From Paraspadella gotoi (Eukaryota > Animalia > Chaetognatha), in contig CM119266.1 of the NCBI GenBank assembly GCA_051294375.1, positions 24,430,125 to 24,494,124 of the forward strand: a DNA stretch of 64,000 nt, given 5' to 3'. A program made the position numbers and the translations under genes. Numbering within the stretch: position 1 is the first letter of the stretch; every line of letters starts with the position of its first letter. Below, one piece after another: positions 11,063 to 24,942 of the stretch. The notes beneath the pieces are model-generated. The model saw nothing but the letters and a program-made list of their open reading frames with translations, did no database searches and was not told the DNA's origin.

Positions 11063-13081
11063 CGTTTGTTTTACTTTTTTATCAGCTTTTTGCCCTCTCG
11101 TGCATCGTTTAGTTTCTTCCGCGTCAGAATTCCGTTCCTCTAGTGGATTTTTTTTTAATGTTTTTATTTTTTTCTATCCCGCCCCGCCGCCCCCCCTTTG
11201 CCCAAAAGAATAAGTGTACGATTTCTCTCGAAATTTGTCCTTTCCAAAAATTCATCGCGCAACTGATTTCAAACAAACAAAATTTGACTCTCTTCATCTC
11301 ACAAGAGTCAAACTTGTTAGAAAATTATTTTGTCAAACGAAAAAGTTGGTAGCATAGTCGCGCGGCGAAATATAGAATCTCGAAGCGGCGAATATTGCGA
11401 ACGGGTTTTGACGGTCGAATTCCTTTAGTTTTCGCCAAATCGAGGGAACGAATGTCGATTACTAGGCATCAAGTTTAATTGTGACTAAAGGTAGAAACGG
11501 TGCGTCCCTGTTGTTATTACTGAATCAAAACACATTTGCCTATAATCAGTAAGCACTAAGCAGAAAAGCAAGCTTTTAACCTTGATACCGTTTACGCATT
11601 GCGGGCCATCAAGTTCAGANNNNNNNNNNNNNNNNNNNNNNNNNNNNNNNNNNNNNNNNNNNNNNNNNNNNNNNNNNNNNNNNNNNNNNNNNNNNNNNNN
11701 NNNNNNNNNNNNNNNNNNNNNNNNNNNNNNNNNNNNNNNNNNNNNNNNNNNNNNNNNNNNNNNNNNNNNNNNNNNNNNNNNNNNNNNNNNNNNNNNNNNN
11801 NNNNNNNNNNNNNNNNNNNNNNNNNNNNNNNNNNNNNNNNNNNNNNNNNNNNNNNNNNNNNNNNNNNNNNNNNNNNNNNNNNNNNNNNNNNNNNNNNNNN
11901 NNNNNNNNNNNNNNNNNNNNNNNNNNNNNNNNNNNNNNNNNNNNNNNNNNNNNNNNNNNNNNNNNNNNNNNNNNNNNNNNNNNNNNNNNNNNNNNNNNNN
12001 NNNNNNNNNNNNNNNNNNNNNNNNNNNNNNNNNNNNNNNNNNNNNNNNNNNNNNNNNNNNNNNNNNNNNNNNNNNNNNNNNNNNNNNNNNNNNNNNNNNN
12101 NNNNNNNNNNNNNNNNNNNNNNNNNNNNNNNNNNNNNNNNNNNNNNNNNNNNNNNNNNNNNNNNNNNNNNNNNNNNNNNNNNNNNNNNNNNNNNNNNNNN
12201 NNNNNNCGGCAACGAAGAGGAATCGATCCATGGTGTTGAAAATTCGACCCCAAATGTCGACACCATGAAATTTCCAGACGGAACCATGAGCCCGTCACTT
12301 CAAAAAGATCCAACAAGCGAACGGCCGATCCGGAGAAAACGCCCCGGTTTTATTTTTATTTATTCATTTGCTCGATGCTTACGGCCACTTTGTTTTTAAT
12401 TATTTTCATTTGGAAAAAAGTTGACCGAGAAATACTTTAAGTCATCATGTCTTTAAAAGTTTTCGCTCGCTCAGGTTTTCGGCCAATTGAAATACGAGCT
12501 TTTTTTGTCGCCGAAGTCGATTTATCAAAAAAGCGCAAAGGTTCCGCGATTTCGTCATGCTGTTTTTCAATTTCAAAAAGCGAGCCGTCTCTCTCTCTCT
12601 CTGACTCTTTCTGTCTCTCTCTCTCTATTTCTCTCGATTGAGTTTAAGTTTCGGACCCGTTTTTGTGGAGAGGCGAGTCTCCTGATAACTGATAACGATT
12701 TTAAAACTTCTTTAATTTTTAAACCACCGCGAACGTTTTTTTCCTTTGATGACTCATCGAATCAAACGAAGAATTTCAAAGAAAAAAAAACTTTTTTTTT
12801 AAAAAAATAAGACTTTTTCGTTGATTTGGGGCGTCGAGCAAAGAGCAGGTAAACCTGATTTAAATTCAAATGACTTTATTCAGTTTAATTGTTTGTATTT
12901 AGATAATTTTATTGGTCTGTTTTTAGTTAATTTTGAGTCTTTGATAATTTTTTTTTCTTTTTAAATCGTCAGATCGAGTTCGAACCTCGTCTTCATTTTT
13001 TCTCGTCATTTTCTTAGCGCGCCTTTTTTCTCCTTTCGCCTCCTTTCTTCCTCCATATTTCTTCTCTCTCTCACCTTATGG

Positions 13082-13145
<64 letters not shown>

Positions 13146-13204
13146 CCAAGGAAGAGGAAGCAAGGAAAGGAGAAGGCGAAAGGGATTAAGGTCCTCCTAA
13201 AAAA

Positions 13205-13310
13205 CAGTTTTTATGGCATCCCGCAGATAATTCAATTTTACTGCGCACTAGTAACATAAATCTTCGTCCTGATTCGGCGAGCTCTGGATTTTTTACGGGC
13301 CGATAAAACC
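13205..13310. promoter_or_regulatory. Cluster of posterior-Hox/Cdx-type motifs
   Basis: TTTTTATGGC 13208, TTTTACTG 13236, CATAAATCT 13255, TTTTTTACGGG 13289, CGATAAAA 13301 within ~100 bp. Confidence 0.4.
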
Positions 13311-15615
13311 GCGAAAAACTAAGTGTTTAAAAACGCGTTTTTCGAAGATGGAGGAACACAATGTTTCCTTTAGAGGCTTTTAAAACTTGGCCGATGCCGC
13401 CGCCGCTGCCGCCGCTCCTGCCGCCTTAGTTGTTGTGATTGCGAAGAAACGATGAGAGAAAATGGGACACGTTGAAAGATGAAGCGGTAAAGCAAGAATT
13501 TAAAATATCCAAACGCAGTCCAATCCTATTACGTTTAGGTTTTCTGACCAATCTCCCTATTATCATCAATCTTTTTGTCCGCACGGTTACTATTCATCGC
13601 TTAGTTTACTTTCCTTCTTCTTTTATATTTTATTTGCCGCTCCTAAGCCTTTTCTTTCTTTCTTNNNNNNNNNNNNNNNNNNNNNNNNNNNNNNNNNNNN
13701 NNNNNNNNNNNNNNNNNNNNNNNNNNNNNNNNNNNNNNNNNNNNNNNNNNNNNNNNNNNNNNNNNNNNNNNNNNNNNNNNNNNNNNNNNNNNNNNNNNNN
13801 NNNNNNNNNNNNNNNNNNNNNNNNNNNNNNNNNNNNNNNNNNNNNNNNNNNNNNNNNNNNNCTCCCTCTCTCTCTTCCTCTCGCTCTCAATCAAATCTAA
13901 TCCCGAGCTTTTTCCCCCAGCCATTCGGTTATACCCTTCGCCATATCATCGAAAATAGTTTTTTTTGATCGACAGTTATGAAACATTCATGGCCGAATAA
14001 AGAAAACTGGGAGCTGAGGGGGGAAACCGTTTTTTTTTTTTTTCTTTCTTTCTTTTTTTCTCATATTTTTTTCCTATTTCAATGGTGCGCAAAAAGAAAG
14101 TTTTTTTTTTTAAATCCACTTTGAAACCAAAGCCGCACGGAAAACTCGACTAAATTCGATGGGCATTCTTGAGTTTTAACAATATTGTAAAGGTTGTACT
14201 AACATAGTAGTTTAGAATAGTATTGACAGTCAATTTCTTCAACTTTTCAAAACGGCATACGTTTTCGACGTCGGCCGACGCTCTTCCCCGTTCTTCTGCT
14301 GTTGTCGTTATTTTTTTTTTCATGGGCGTTTCTCGACGTTTTATCGGTCATATTTCGTCGTTTACTTTGCGGTAACGAAAAAAAAAAAGGAGCCGAGATG
14401 ATCTGGAAAAGATCTTCATCGCTGTCGTCGTCGCTGTCGTCGTTTATGTCGTCGTCCGGTGACGTGGACATTGTTTCGACCCTTTTTGTTTACCCGTCGC
14501 ANNNNNNNNNNNNNNNNNNNNNNNNNNNNNNNNNNNNNNNNNNNNNNNNNNNNNNNNNNNNNNNNNNNNNNNNNNNNNNNNNNNNNNNNNNNNNNNNNNN
14601 NNNNNNNNNNNNNNNNNNNNNNNNNNNNNNNNNNNNNNNNNNNNNNNNNNNNNNNNNNNNNNNNNNNNNNNNNNNNNNNNNNNNNNNNNNNNNNNNNNNN
14701 NNNNNNNNNNNNNNNNNNNNNNNNNNNNGGTTTAGAAATCCCAACTACTTGGCTTCAAAACCGTCCGACGAGGCCGTAACTTTGATTAACGGATACAAAA
14801 ACAAAGCTTAAAGACAACATTTTCGACTATATATTTTATTAACAAGGCATAAAGCTCGAAAAATCTCCCCCTTCCCATTCTTCGGTTTTCTTGTTTTATT
14901 CGCCAAACGACGTCATCGGCTCTTAATCGTAATTCGTGGCTCAAGATTAACTTCTCCTTCGACATTTTTGAGATGTTTACATTTTAGGACCCATAAAATT
15001 CTTATGCTGTCGCAATAATTTTGACGCGGTTTTTTTTTTAGTTGTTGTGGTCAGTCGTTGTTCTCTTTTTTTTGGCAGTTGGGGTTGCGTTCAATTATCA
15101 TTTCGCATTAGACGAAAGTTTAAAGATACATTAAAAATATTATTCGCCCAAAAGAAGTGGATCTAACGGCGCAATGATCTTATGTTTACCTTCCACCATA
15201 ATATCTTTAACTAACACCAGATGACCAGGTTTTGCTCGTTACAGATTCTTGCACAATACTATAAAAGTCTACCTCGTCTTTTGCCATCAAAAGAAAAAAA
15301 AATTCTTGTCCTGAAAGATGTTTTGGGGAAAACGTTTCATCTTTGGCGCGATGACAATTACTGCAAGTGAGGGGGGGGGAGACAGCGGAATTTTTAGAAT
15401 TTTATTCAAGTTAATAGAAAAAAGGTTTCGTTTAATTTTTTTTTTTTTAAGCCTTTGACGTAAGCTATGAGATCACGTGTCTTTCTCAAACTGGTTTTTG
15501 TCAGCTTCAAGTACGTAACTATCTTTTTAAATGTTGTATTTTTTATTTTATTTATCGTATCCGGGTTCCATATGATTTAAATGCGAAGAAAAAATAACTA
15601 AAAATTGGTCATTAG

Positions 15616-16227
15616 TAGCCATAGCCGATGAAATTTAAATGCTAATGTATACAGCGTTAAAATAATCTATCAAGACCATAGATTATGGTATTAAAATATT
15701 TTTTGTCAAAAATGCTTTCTTCTGAGGGTACTAGCCTAATTAAAAATATTATATTACTATATAGAGCAAACAAATTTTTTTTTAAATCTTAAAATTTTTT
15801 GATGGATTCTGATAGAGCATAAAAAGTTAAACAAGAAATATAATTACAGCTTTTAAAAATTCTTACGTTTTCTAAGTGAAAATATAAAAAACTGATAAAA
15901 TCATCAGAAGATGATGATGATGATGATTTTATACGGTTTTTCTTATTTTTGATACACTTATCGTAAAAATATTTAAAAAAGAATTATACTTTGTGTAGAC
16001 AACTTTTTATGAGCTATGTGAATCTGGTCTTAAAATTTAAAATTTCTAAAAAAATTTTTTGGCCTTTCCTATCTATAAATAAATATTAAAAAAAAAATTA
16101 CTAGGGTATAGAGCCATATTAGAAATTTTTTGTCCATTGAAAGTATTCTTAAAAATGTCTAAATATTCGTTTGAGCATGTACTCACTCTAAATTTTTGAC
16201 TCACCCCATTGAGTGCGGCTACCCCTA
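15616..16227 (-). mobile_element. Non-autonomous hAT-superfamily DNA transposon (MITE), 612 bp, intact ends
   Basis: Perfect 8-bp direct repeat GTCATTAG at 15608-15615 and 16228-16235; imperfect 12-bp TIRs TAGCCATAGCCG / CGGCTACCCCTA (9/12); TAG...CTA termini with 8-bp TSD are typical of hAT; second copy at 5448-6020; AT-rich, non-coding. Confidence 0.88.
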
Positions 16228-19200
16228 GTCATTAGTTTTGAAAAATGTTAATTACACATATTCAAAATATCAAAATACACAAAAATTCTAAAGTTTCTCT
16301 TCGGTAGTTCTACTTTAGCAGCAACGCCTTCATTTTTCTTTCATGCCAGTCCAAACTGGCAAACAACCCAACTGAGCGATTCCTTTTTTCACAACTCCCT
16401 CCCTCGGACGCGATTCACCGGCCCGGTTCACAACGGATAATGTCACGCTAGCATTTGGGAGCCAATTCGTGAGGCAACCGGGAAGACGGAAGTGGGCGAC
16501 GGGTGTCTCGGCTTGAGCAAGGCTGCTATAAGGAGACTAAGAAAGAAGGCACTGGATAGAAGGGGGCGTGGAGATAAAGTGGGGGGCGTGGGCGCTCGAC
16601 GTTGTTTCACGGGAGGAGTTTTACTGCGACGCCGTCATCGTCTAGTGAATTCCTTTACAACGACGCGAGTACGAGTCCGACCTTTGGAAGGGAAGACGCG
16701 TTGGGAGAGAGAGAGAGAGAGNNNNNNNNNNNNNNNNNNNNNNNNNNNNNNNNNNNNNNNNNNNNNNNNNNNNNNNNNNNNNNNNNNNNNNNNNNNNNNN
16801 NNNNNNNNNNNNNNNNNNNNNNNNNNNNNNNNNNNNNNNNNNNNNNNNNNNNNNNNNNNNNNNNNNNNNNNNNNNNNNNNNNNNNNNNNNNNNNNNNNTT
16901 TTTTTTTTGTCTTTTCTCATTTCGCTTTTCTTTTCTTTTGTTATCTCCTTTCTTTTTTAAGATTTCCTTTTTTTTTAATATAACCTTTTGATTTTTTTTA
17001 GCATCCCTCATGAATGCAAATTCAATTATTCTTGCAAACCCAATGTTATCGTTCCGATAGTTATCAAGTCAGTTCATCTCATTAATGAAATTTTAATAGG
17101 AATTTACTCATCAAAAAATTGTAATGGCAAATTTGTATCCCTATCATTTTAACAAAAAGTGTTAAACATTTTTCATATTTTTTCACATTAACTTTTCGAT
17201 ATTACTCCACCTCTAAACCCTTACATACCCAAACGCTTTACTTCACCTCCACGAGCATACGCATTGCCCATTTTCTCTTCGGGCGCGGCTTCGACCCAAT
17301 CTCATCTCTAATCTCAACAGAGCCTCACGTTCCACCCCAACCCTTTGCTCATCTGTCTTGTGAATACATTCACTTCACTTTCCTTTTACGTTTAGTTTGA
17401 ATCTCATCTTTGAATTTCAAATTTTATATTTCAATGATTCAGGTTCTGTTTTACCAATTTCATGTTCAATTTCTGCGAGCTGTGTCAGCCCAATTTTCTT
17501 TCTGACTCTCTTTAGATCGACCCCCCTATCCCATTTTCAGTTCTCCCAACCTTTTCGTTCTATTCCCCTTTTTCTATCCCTCCTCTCTCCCTCTCTCCCA
17601 TTTACCCTTTTCCTATTTTCCCATTCACCGAATTTCGCCGGAATTCCATCCCTTTATTCGCGGTACTACATGCTTAATCAAGGATCCAACCAGCGGNNNN
17701 NNNNNNNNNNNNNNNNNNNNNNNNNNNNNNNNNNNNNNNNNNNNNNNNNNNNNNNNNNNNNNNNNNNNNNNNNNNNNNNNNNNNNNNNNNNNNNNNNNNN
17801 NNNNNNNNNNNNNNNNNNNNNNNNNNNNNNNNNNNNNNNNNNNNNNNNNNNNNNNNNNNNNNNNNNNNNNNNNNNNNNNNNNNNNNNNNNNNNNNNNNNN
17901 NNNNNNNNNNNNNCTCTCTCTCTCTCTTTTTCCTCGCTTGGTCCCTCCATTCATATTCTATTCAAATTCAATACGGCCAATTATTCCGAAGCTCATCTGT
18001 TACAGTTTTTCGCAATTTACATCAAAATATTTTGGCTTTTTTCCCTCCAGACTTCGATCCAAAAAAAGGGCAAGTTGAAAGACGAAGAAGAAAAGAAAGA
18101 CAGACAGACAGAAAAAAAAAGAAATATAGTAAGCAAAGTCAATGGTAAATAAGCTTGAATAATAACACCCAAAAATATTCTGAATTTGGTGCTTCCAGCG
18201 GGCTCGAGAAAAAAAAAGCACCAGAGTCATAGAAAATTAAGAGCTCTGATTTATATTTAGAACAAAATTTCCATTTTTTTCGATGAAAATGGATACTTTT
18301 TTAGGTCATTAAAGTTTTTAAAAAAATTAATATTCACGTTTAAAAATCCGCCTCCGTTAAAATCGCGCAAAAATTTTGTTTTAACCTTGAAGAGAAAAAC
18401 TGACCTCTGACCTCATTTTCTCCCCGTTTCTAATTTCGTACTCACTTTTTTTTTNNNNNNNNNNNNNNNNNNNNNNNNNNNNNNNNNNNNNNNNNNNNNN
18501 NNNNNNNNNNNNNNNNNNNNNNNNNNNNNNNNNNNNNNNNNNNNNNNNNNNNNNNNNNNNNNNNNNNNNNNNNNNNNNNNNNNNNNNNNNNNNNNNNNNN
18601 NNNNNNNNNNNNNNNNNNNNNNNNNNNNNNNNNNNNNNNNNNNNNNNNNNNNNNNNNNNNNNNNNNNNNNNNNNNNNNNNNNNCGCCGCGCCCCGCCGCC
18701 CCCCTCTTGGTAAGTTTCGTCTCGTTTTTGCTCGACTTCCTCGACTGCCTTGTCCCGACTGATTTGGTCTTGGCAGTTCCGGTATGAAGGAAGTTTTCTT
18801 TTAAACTGAATGTGCGGAGGTAAGTGAGTTTGATATAAAAAGATGGAGTTTTATACTATCTAGTCGAGAGAGATATTTTTATTTTTAACCGCTTCCATCG
18901 CAGAAAATTTTACTGAAATGACGTAAATCCAAAGCTTGACATGTTCTTAATTTTCATCGAAGAATAAATCGTTTTAAGATAAACTATGTTGGAGCATTAA
19001 AGTAAATAACTCTTTTTGAAAAGTCTCATGCTTAGTTCAAAATGGCCAATCATTCCTTTTCCGTAAATTCAACAACAACAACGACAAAATGCATCTGATT
19101 GCATCTCCCTCGCACCTTTTATTTTTCTTTTTTCGTTTCACGGATGAAAATGAAAAATTCTTTCCGATTTTCTTTTCTTATCTTTAAATCGGCGGCATAA

Positions 19201-20049
19201 CTTTTCCGCCGTCAGACCGCTACGCTCTCCATCTTGGATTTGAGACTTTTAATTTTTCCAAACTCTTGTGAGATGAAGGAAAGATAGNNNNNNNNNNNNN
19301 NNNNNNNNNNNNNNNNNNNNNNNNNNNNNNNNNNNNNNNNNNNNNNNNNNNNNNNNNNNNNNNNNNNNNNNNNNNNNNNNNNNNNNNNNNNNNNNNNNNN
19401 NNNNNNNNNNNNNNNNNNNNNNNNNNNNNNNNNNNNNNNNNNNNNNNNNNNNNNNNNNNNNNNNNNNNNNNNNNNNNNNNNNNNNNNNNNNNNNNNNNNN
19501 NNNNNNNNNNNNNNNNNNNNNNNNNNNNNNNNNNNNNNNNNNNAGAAAGAGCCGAAGATTTATGGAGGTTAAAATAAATTTGTTTGATTTGAATATGCGC
19601 GCTCCATTCTTAAAAATAGGACTTGATGAGAACGTCTATTTCGGGTATTTTTTTTCTTCTTTTTTTCATAGAAGAGAAGATGAGCAGAGAGATCCCTCGC
19701 GCTCGCTCAGTCGCCCTGTCTCTCTCCCCTTCTCGCGTCGCTACTGCGACGTTGGAAAGCGAACTCCGTCGAACCCCTCCCCCTCCCCCCCCCCCTCTTC
19801 CGAGCTCGTGTTGTTTGGCGAGGAGGTGCGGGCTGTCTGCGGTCGGCGGTGCGTGTCAGCGTCGGCTCGCTCGTGCATCGAGTGTTTCGGTCTCAGAATT
19901 CATGTTTACTCGTTCTGACTCTCATTCGTATGATCTCGATTATGAGGTGCCTCCTATATATACATTAATTCGTATTCGATTATGACTCCGGAAGGAGCGA
20001 GAGCCATGTAGTTGCGCGGAGAAATATGAGAGACATCATTCTAGTTTAG

Positions 20050-21800
20050 CACTTAGTATTTTACGTTCGGGACTAATTCACCGCTATAGTCTAAACATAC
20101 GTCTATTGAGGTCTTTTTATCACGGAGTAGATCCAGGCCTTGCCGAATCCAAATAGGGAGATCTAGAGATGCCAAGGAGCAAGAGATTGGATAGAGAGTG
20201 AGTACAACGCTAAGTATAGACTACAGAGCTGATCACACGCATATTCATTTGAGAGAAACATGATCCATATATTAAGGCAAACGAGAGTCTATTTCGGTAA
20301 AATATATGGGTCTAATACCTCACTTGTATTATAAATAACTATTCTCTTATCATTTGAATTATATAATTAATGATACTGAGGATTAAATGGTGGCCCTAAA
20401 AATCTGTTCCTCTATCTTTGAATCTTTGTAAAGACATCGTTCGTAAAAAGAAGGAGACAGCACTATACGCAGCAGTCATCCAGAAACATTAAGGATGACG
20501 CATTGCTGCTCGATCAAATTATAGATATTCTGTCTTAACCGCACACACCACGCTATTTCGTACTTCCTCTTATTCTTTATCTAATCACGTATTGCAACCA
20601 GCATAATTGCCGCACGCCTATCGTCTCTACTAAATTTTATGAGGTAACTGAGATCAGTTTATATATAATATCTCATTCATTTACTGCACGACTGAATTAA
20701 GTATTACAATTTTCACTTACGCCTTTCTTTCCAGTACATATTGAATATAACGCGTGAGAGGACAATATTTAAAGAGATTTCAGTTGAGATTTATTTATAA
20801 CCTCTTTTCTGTATGTGATTACACATACTTGATCTCTGCGACTCTAGACCTCTCAGATCTTTCTATTTTAATTTTATAAAAGAATTGTTAAAACACACTG
20901 AGTTTTTTTCTGTGCACTCCTTAATTTCGAGTACTCAGAGTAATTATGATATTTATTTTGAGAGATTAAGGACGACTCGAAGGTACCGCACGTGGCACAG
21001 TGTCAGCTAGAAAGCCATTTTGACTCCCAAGTAATTATGTCTTTTTTGAGAGCCTCTACCAATACTAGTCTACACTTCTGTTATTTGTATTAGACTCTCT
21101 TTCTGCAACGCCTGCGCGCCTATTCCCCCCGTTCAGTCTCAGTATCCGCCTTAACCATTCTTCACCCATCGGTCTCTATGCGCCATCCCCTATCGTCCTT
21201 ACCATTGAGAGACTCACACGAGCTGACAAACTCTATAATATCTGTCAAATTACCATATGAGTCGCGTCCCGCGCCTTTCTCCGCGCACTTGCCGCACCGC
21301 CTCGCCAGAGAACCCCTTCACCGTAGTGATGAATGTTCATTTCGAGCTCGTTCATTGAAACGTGCGTACAGAACTTTATCAACTCCGAAGCTTTTGGAAT
21401 AGAGTCTTTGAGGTCGCCCCCGACTGGGTTATCTGCATATGAGGTTTGCAATAGAAGCTATCCGGTATATATCTGAAATAGGAAACGTTACTCTCCTTTT
21501 GGTGTAGCAACTAGAGAGTATATGTGCGGATGGTAAGTGTAAGTATATATTGGACATACAGGAGATGATATTACAGGGAGTCTACCATAAAAATTAATCA
21601 GCCAATATACTAGCGAAGAGAGGGCATAAGATAATATTATCTTGCAAACAGACACGAACGGACGGTTTTGCTCTCTGGCATTCCATGCCGAACATGTCTA
21701 GATAATTACACTCCTTACTCCTTGAATGACGTAAATCCGCTTGACATCTTTTTGCGGTTATATCGCGGTAATGTTTAGTAATCGTGCTCCAATACAGATT
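20050..21800 (+). mobile_element. Penelope-like retroelement (RT + GIY-YIG endonuclease), heavily frameshifted
   Basis: Collinear motifs in shifting frames: NNY(F) 20334; G-x-MG(G)P-like ggattaaatggtggccct 20380; RYIDD-like agaaacattaaggatgac 20482; LNRTHHAI 20534; VKLPY 21244; ggtgta...tgtgcggat 21501-21531 then VYIGHTG in one frame 21543-21563; AEHV 21687. Boundaries approximate. Confidence 0.65.
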
Positions 21801-23579
21801 CACATCACTGGCTGAATGGTTAGCGCACCGCCCATAGCTATCTGCCCTTACCAGGAGTAAGCCACTCGTAGATGATAGTCCTACATTATATCTCTATCGA
21901 ATCGCGAGAGGACAGAGTACGCATGCATTGAGTTAAAGATACCAAAATGAACGCAGTCAGAACTACATAATTTTCTCTTATCGACTCGTATCCACACTGC
22001 TCGAGAGATCCCAACTACCAATCTTCACAACACCCGCCACCCACGCCTTCGATCTCATTGTCTAACCTCCTTTCTCCCTTCTTCTCGTTTTTCCCCCCTC
22101 CAGAGAGACTGTACAACGTCTCCTTAACGACCTACCGAAGAGTTTACAGGCCGCGTTAAATCACCTATCTCCTTTCTCTCTTCCTTCAGTTTTCACGGAT
22201 GATAGAATTAAAAGGGTTCCACCATATATATTTCCCGCTTCATCTATTATCTTATTCACTATGACACACTTCGCGTGCGCGTCATTAACTTAACCTTACT
22301 GTTCGCCGCGACCACCAGCTTATCTTCTAAGGGTCTCAAGTCGATTGGAATTTGAGACGATGTATATATTCTTCTCCAACTCTTGTGACACACTAAGGAT
22401 ACACGGATCTGAGGCGTAGAGCAAGTAGGAAGTTTCAGGACGCAGAGTACCGCACCGAGTAGAGAGATGCCCATAGTTCACGTATTGCAGTCTAATTGCC
22501 TCCACCGTGATATCACATTTGCCGTATTTCCGCGAATCCACCATTTGCCGACTCCCGCCACGGAGGAGTCGGTCATCATGCTCTCCTCCAGCAGCAGACG
22601 AACGAGACGAATGTACAGCCAGTTGGGAGAGTTTCGCGAGTCGGACCCCATTCTTAATATATTCTCTCTTCGTTTCCTTCACGTTTTAGCAACACGAACA
22701 CGCCAGAGACCGCCCCATCGGGCCCATTGATTCCTCTTACTTGCCGAACCGCCTCTTCAACTATTTTACCGGGAGATTTGCCCGTAGAATCTTTGGTGGT
22801 ATACTATATATATATGAGATATCACGCTGCGGATTCGAAGATTCTGGCGCGCCGATGCTCGCACACAGACTATATTTCTGATATCGAAACTGAGATAACG
22901 CAACGACGACGAACGGAGACGACTTGATGACGAGACAGAACAAATACACACACGTCAACTCTACTGATTGACGGAACGTCTAAGAATGTATTTGTGGATT
23001 CTCCTTCGATCTATCTTACTGATGACCTGGACTGAATAAAATTGTTATCAGATTTTAGGCTGTATATGAATATCTTCTAAAAGGTATATGCTTGCTCGTC
23101 TATCTCAAATTTTTCCTTATCTTCTAACCCATTACTCAAAACTTCAACTTTTGACGTTGGAATCGACTATGTTCTTTCACAGATTCGGCGTCCAATGTCA
23201 CATACATAGTGTCGTTAAAATGTCGTCGTAGGTGACTTGTAAGTCAGAGAGTCGTCCGTCGTGATACGAGAGAGATATCACCATAGAGGCGCGACAGAGG
23301 TGGAAGAGGAGGAGGAGAAGGAGGAGGAGGAAAGTGAGTGTGACTTATCATTAATTTTCCGTTTCTCTTCTTGCTCCTTCTGCGACACTGGACCAACACT
23401 ATCTAAAGAGGATGAAAAGCAGATTACAGGGCAACAACGATCGGCTATGGTGCGATCATCGGTTTCGCGCAGAGACGGTGGCGAGGGAACGATAAGAAGG
23501 AATGAAGTGACATGAGCAGGACATGCAGGATGCGAATGCTCAATGATATGCAATTAAAAGATACTGAACAAATGGCGTG

Positions 23580-24125
23580 AATAGAATATAAAGAATATAT
23601 ATTGAATAAGCTTGCTTTATGAAGTTGAATTAACAGATTGAATGAATTGATGAAATGAAAGCCAGTGACTCTTGGAATTAATGAAGTTGAATCAGATTAA
23701 TATGATGAATAACATAAATGAATGCATGAATAGAATGAATAGAATGAATGGATGAATGAAATGAATTCATGACATGAATGAATGAATGTCAACTGAATGA
23801 AGGAATGAATTAATTTCATATCTGTATCATATTCATTATTAAAATTTAATTCAATTTATCTTAATTAATTAATTAAATTAATCTTAATTGAATGAATGAA
23901 TTGAATGACTTGCAATGGGATCAATCACAATGGTGGGAATCAAAACACCCCAAAGAATAGAAAGGAAAGAAAAAAGTAATATACATTCAATCAAGATTGA
24001 CATTAATGATATCGAATGCAATGAAACTGGGCAACTAAATGAATACAGAATATAATACTTGTGCAAGATGGATGAATGATTGAATTGAAAAGAATGGATA
24101 AATTATTAATCTTAAATGAAATGAT
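23580..24125. repeat. Degenerate (GAAT)n satellite
   Basis: Recurrent gaatgaatgaat units with many indels. Confidence 0.75.
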
Positions 24126-24911
24126 TATTCTCTGCATAGTCTTACTTCTTACCATATCATTTGTAACTTTAGTATAGTAGAGCTTTTAGGGGCACAATGT
24201 GGCCCAAAGCCCGTTTTCCTTAATACAAATCATCCTCATACATCACATCTCTCATGCCTCTCTCTCTCTCAATCATCTCATCATCGTCCTCTCTTCTCTC
24301 TCTCGTTCTCTCATCTTTCTACCCCTCTTCATTTTTCATCATCTANNNNNNNNNNNNNNNNNNNNNNNNNCTATTAGATATATTTTTCAATCCCTTTTAT
24401 ACGTTCTTTAAATTGTAATACATATAAAACAAAACAAAAACCAAACCGAATTACATAACATTAAACTTTCTCCTCCTTATTTTTTCCCTTCTTTCAATTA
24501 TTTTCGGATCGGATTTTTTCTCAAATTCCTCGTCACGAAACCCGAAGCCGAAGGCTTCTCTTCTTTCCTTGATATTCGATTCCTATTATGGGAAGATAAT
24601 TGAATACGTGGAAATATTCCACTTTCCCAACTTTGTAATATATAGTATACAACACGTCCTTGTTTTTTCGCAGATTAATTTAAATGCCGTTCTTTTTTTT
24701 TAATAGGAGAAGAAGAAAAAGATTATTTAATTCCGTCTCGGTTCCCAACTCAGAGAGAACAATTACGGAACAGGAAAAACAGACCGACGAGAGACGACCC
24801 GACGACGACGGAGCGAGCGGAAAAACTGTGCATTCATCTAATAAAAGAATCATTAGAAGGATGAGGAGCGCGTTAGGCGACTGAAGCAAGGGGGACCGAC
24901 GATAGAGAGAG

Positions 24912-24942
<31 letters not shown>

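Noticed and set aside
13925-13945. cggttatacccttc resembling the start of miR-iab-4-3p
   Set aside because: Needs two indels, remainder does not match, no hairpin.
16198-16229. Helitron-like 3' end (short hairpin then CTAG-T)
   Set aside because: The 8-bp TSD and TIRs explain the end better as hAT.
21808-21835. tRNA A-box-like tggctgaatggttagcgc; B-box-like pieces at ~25312-25330 and 52171-52196
   Set aside because: No complete cloverleaf; too short and noisy to call tRNA or SINE.
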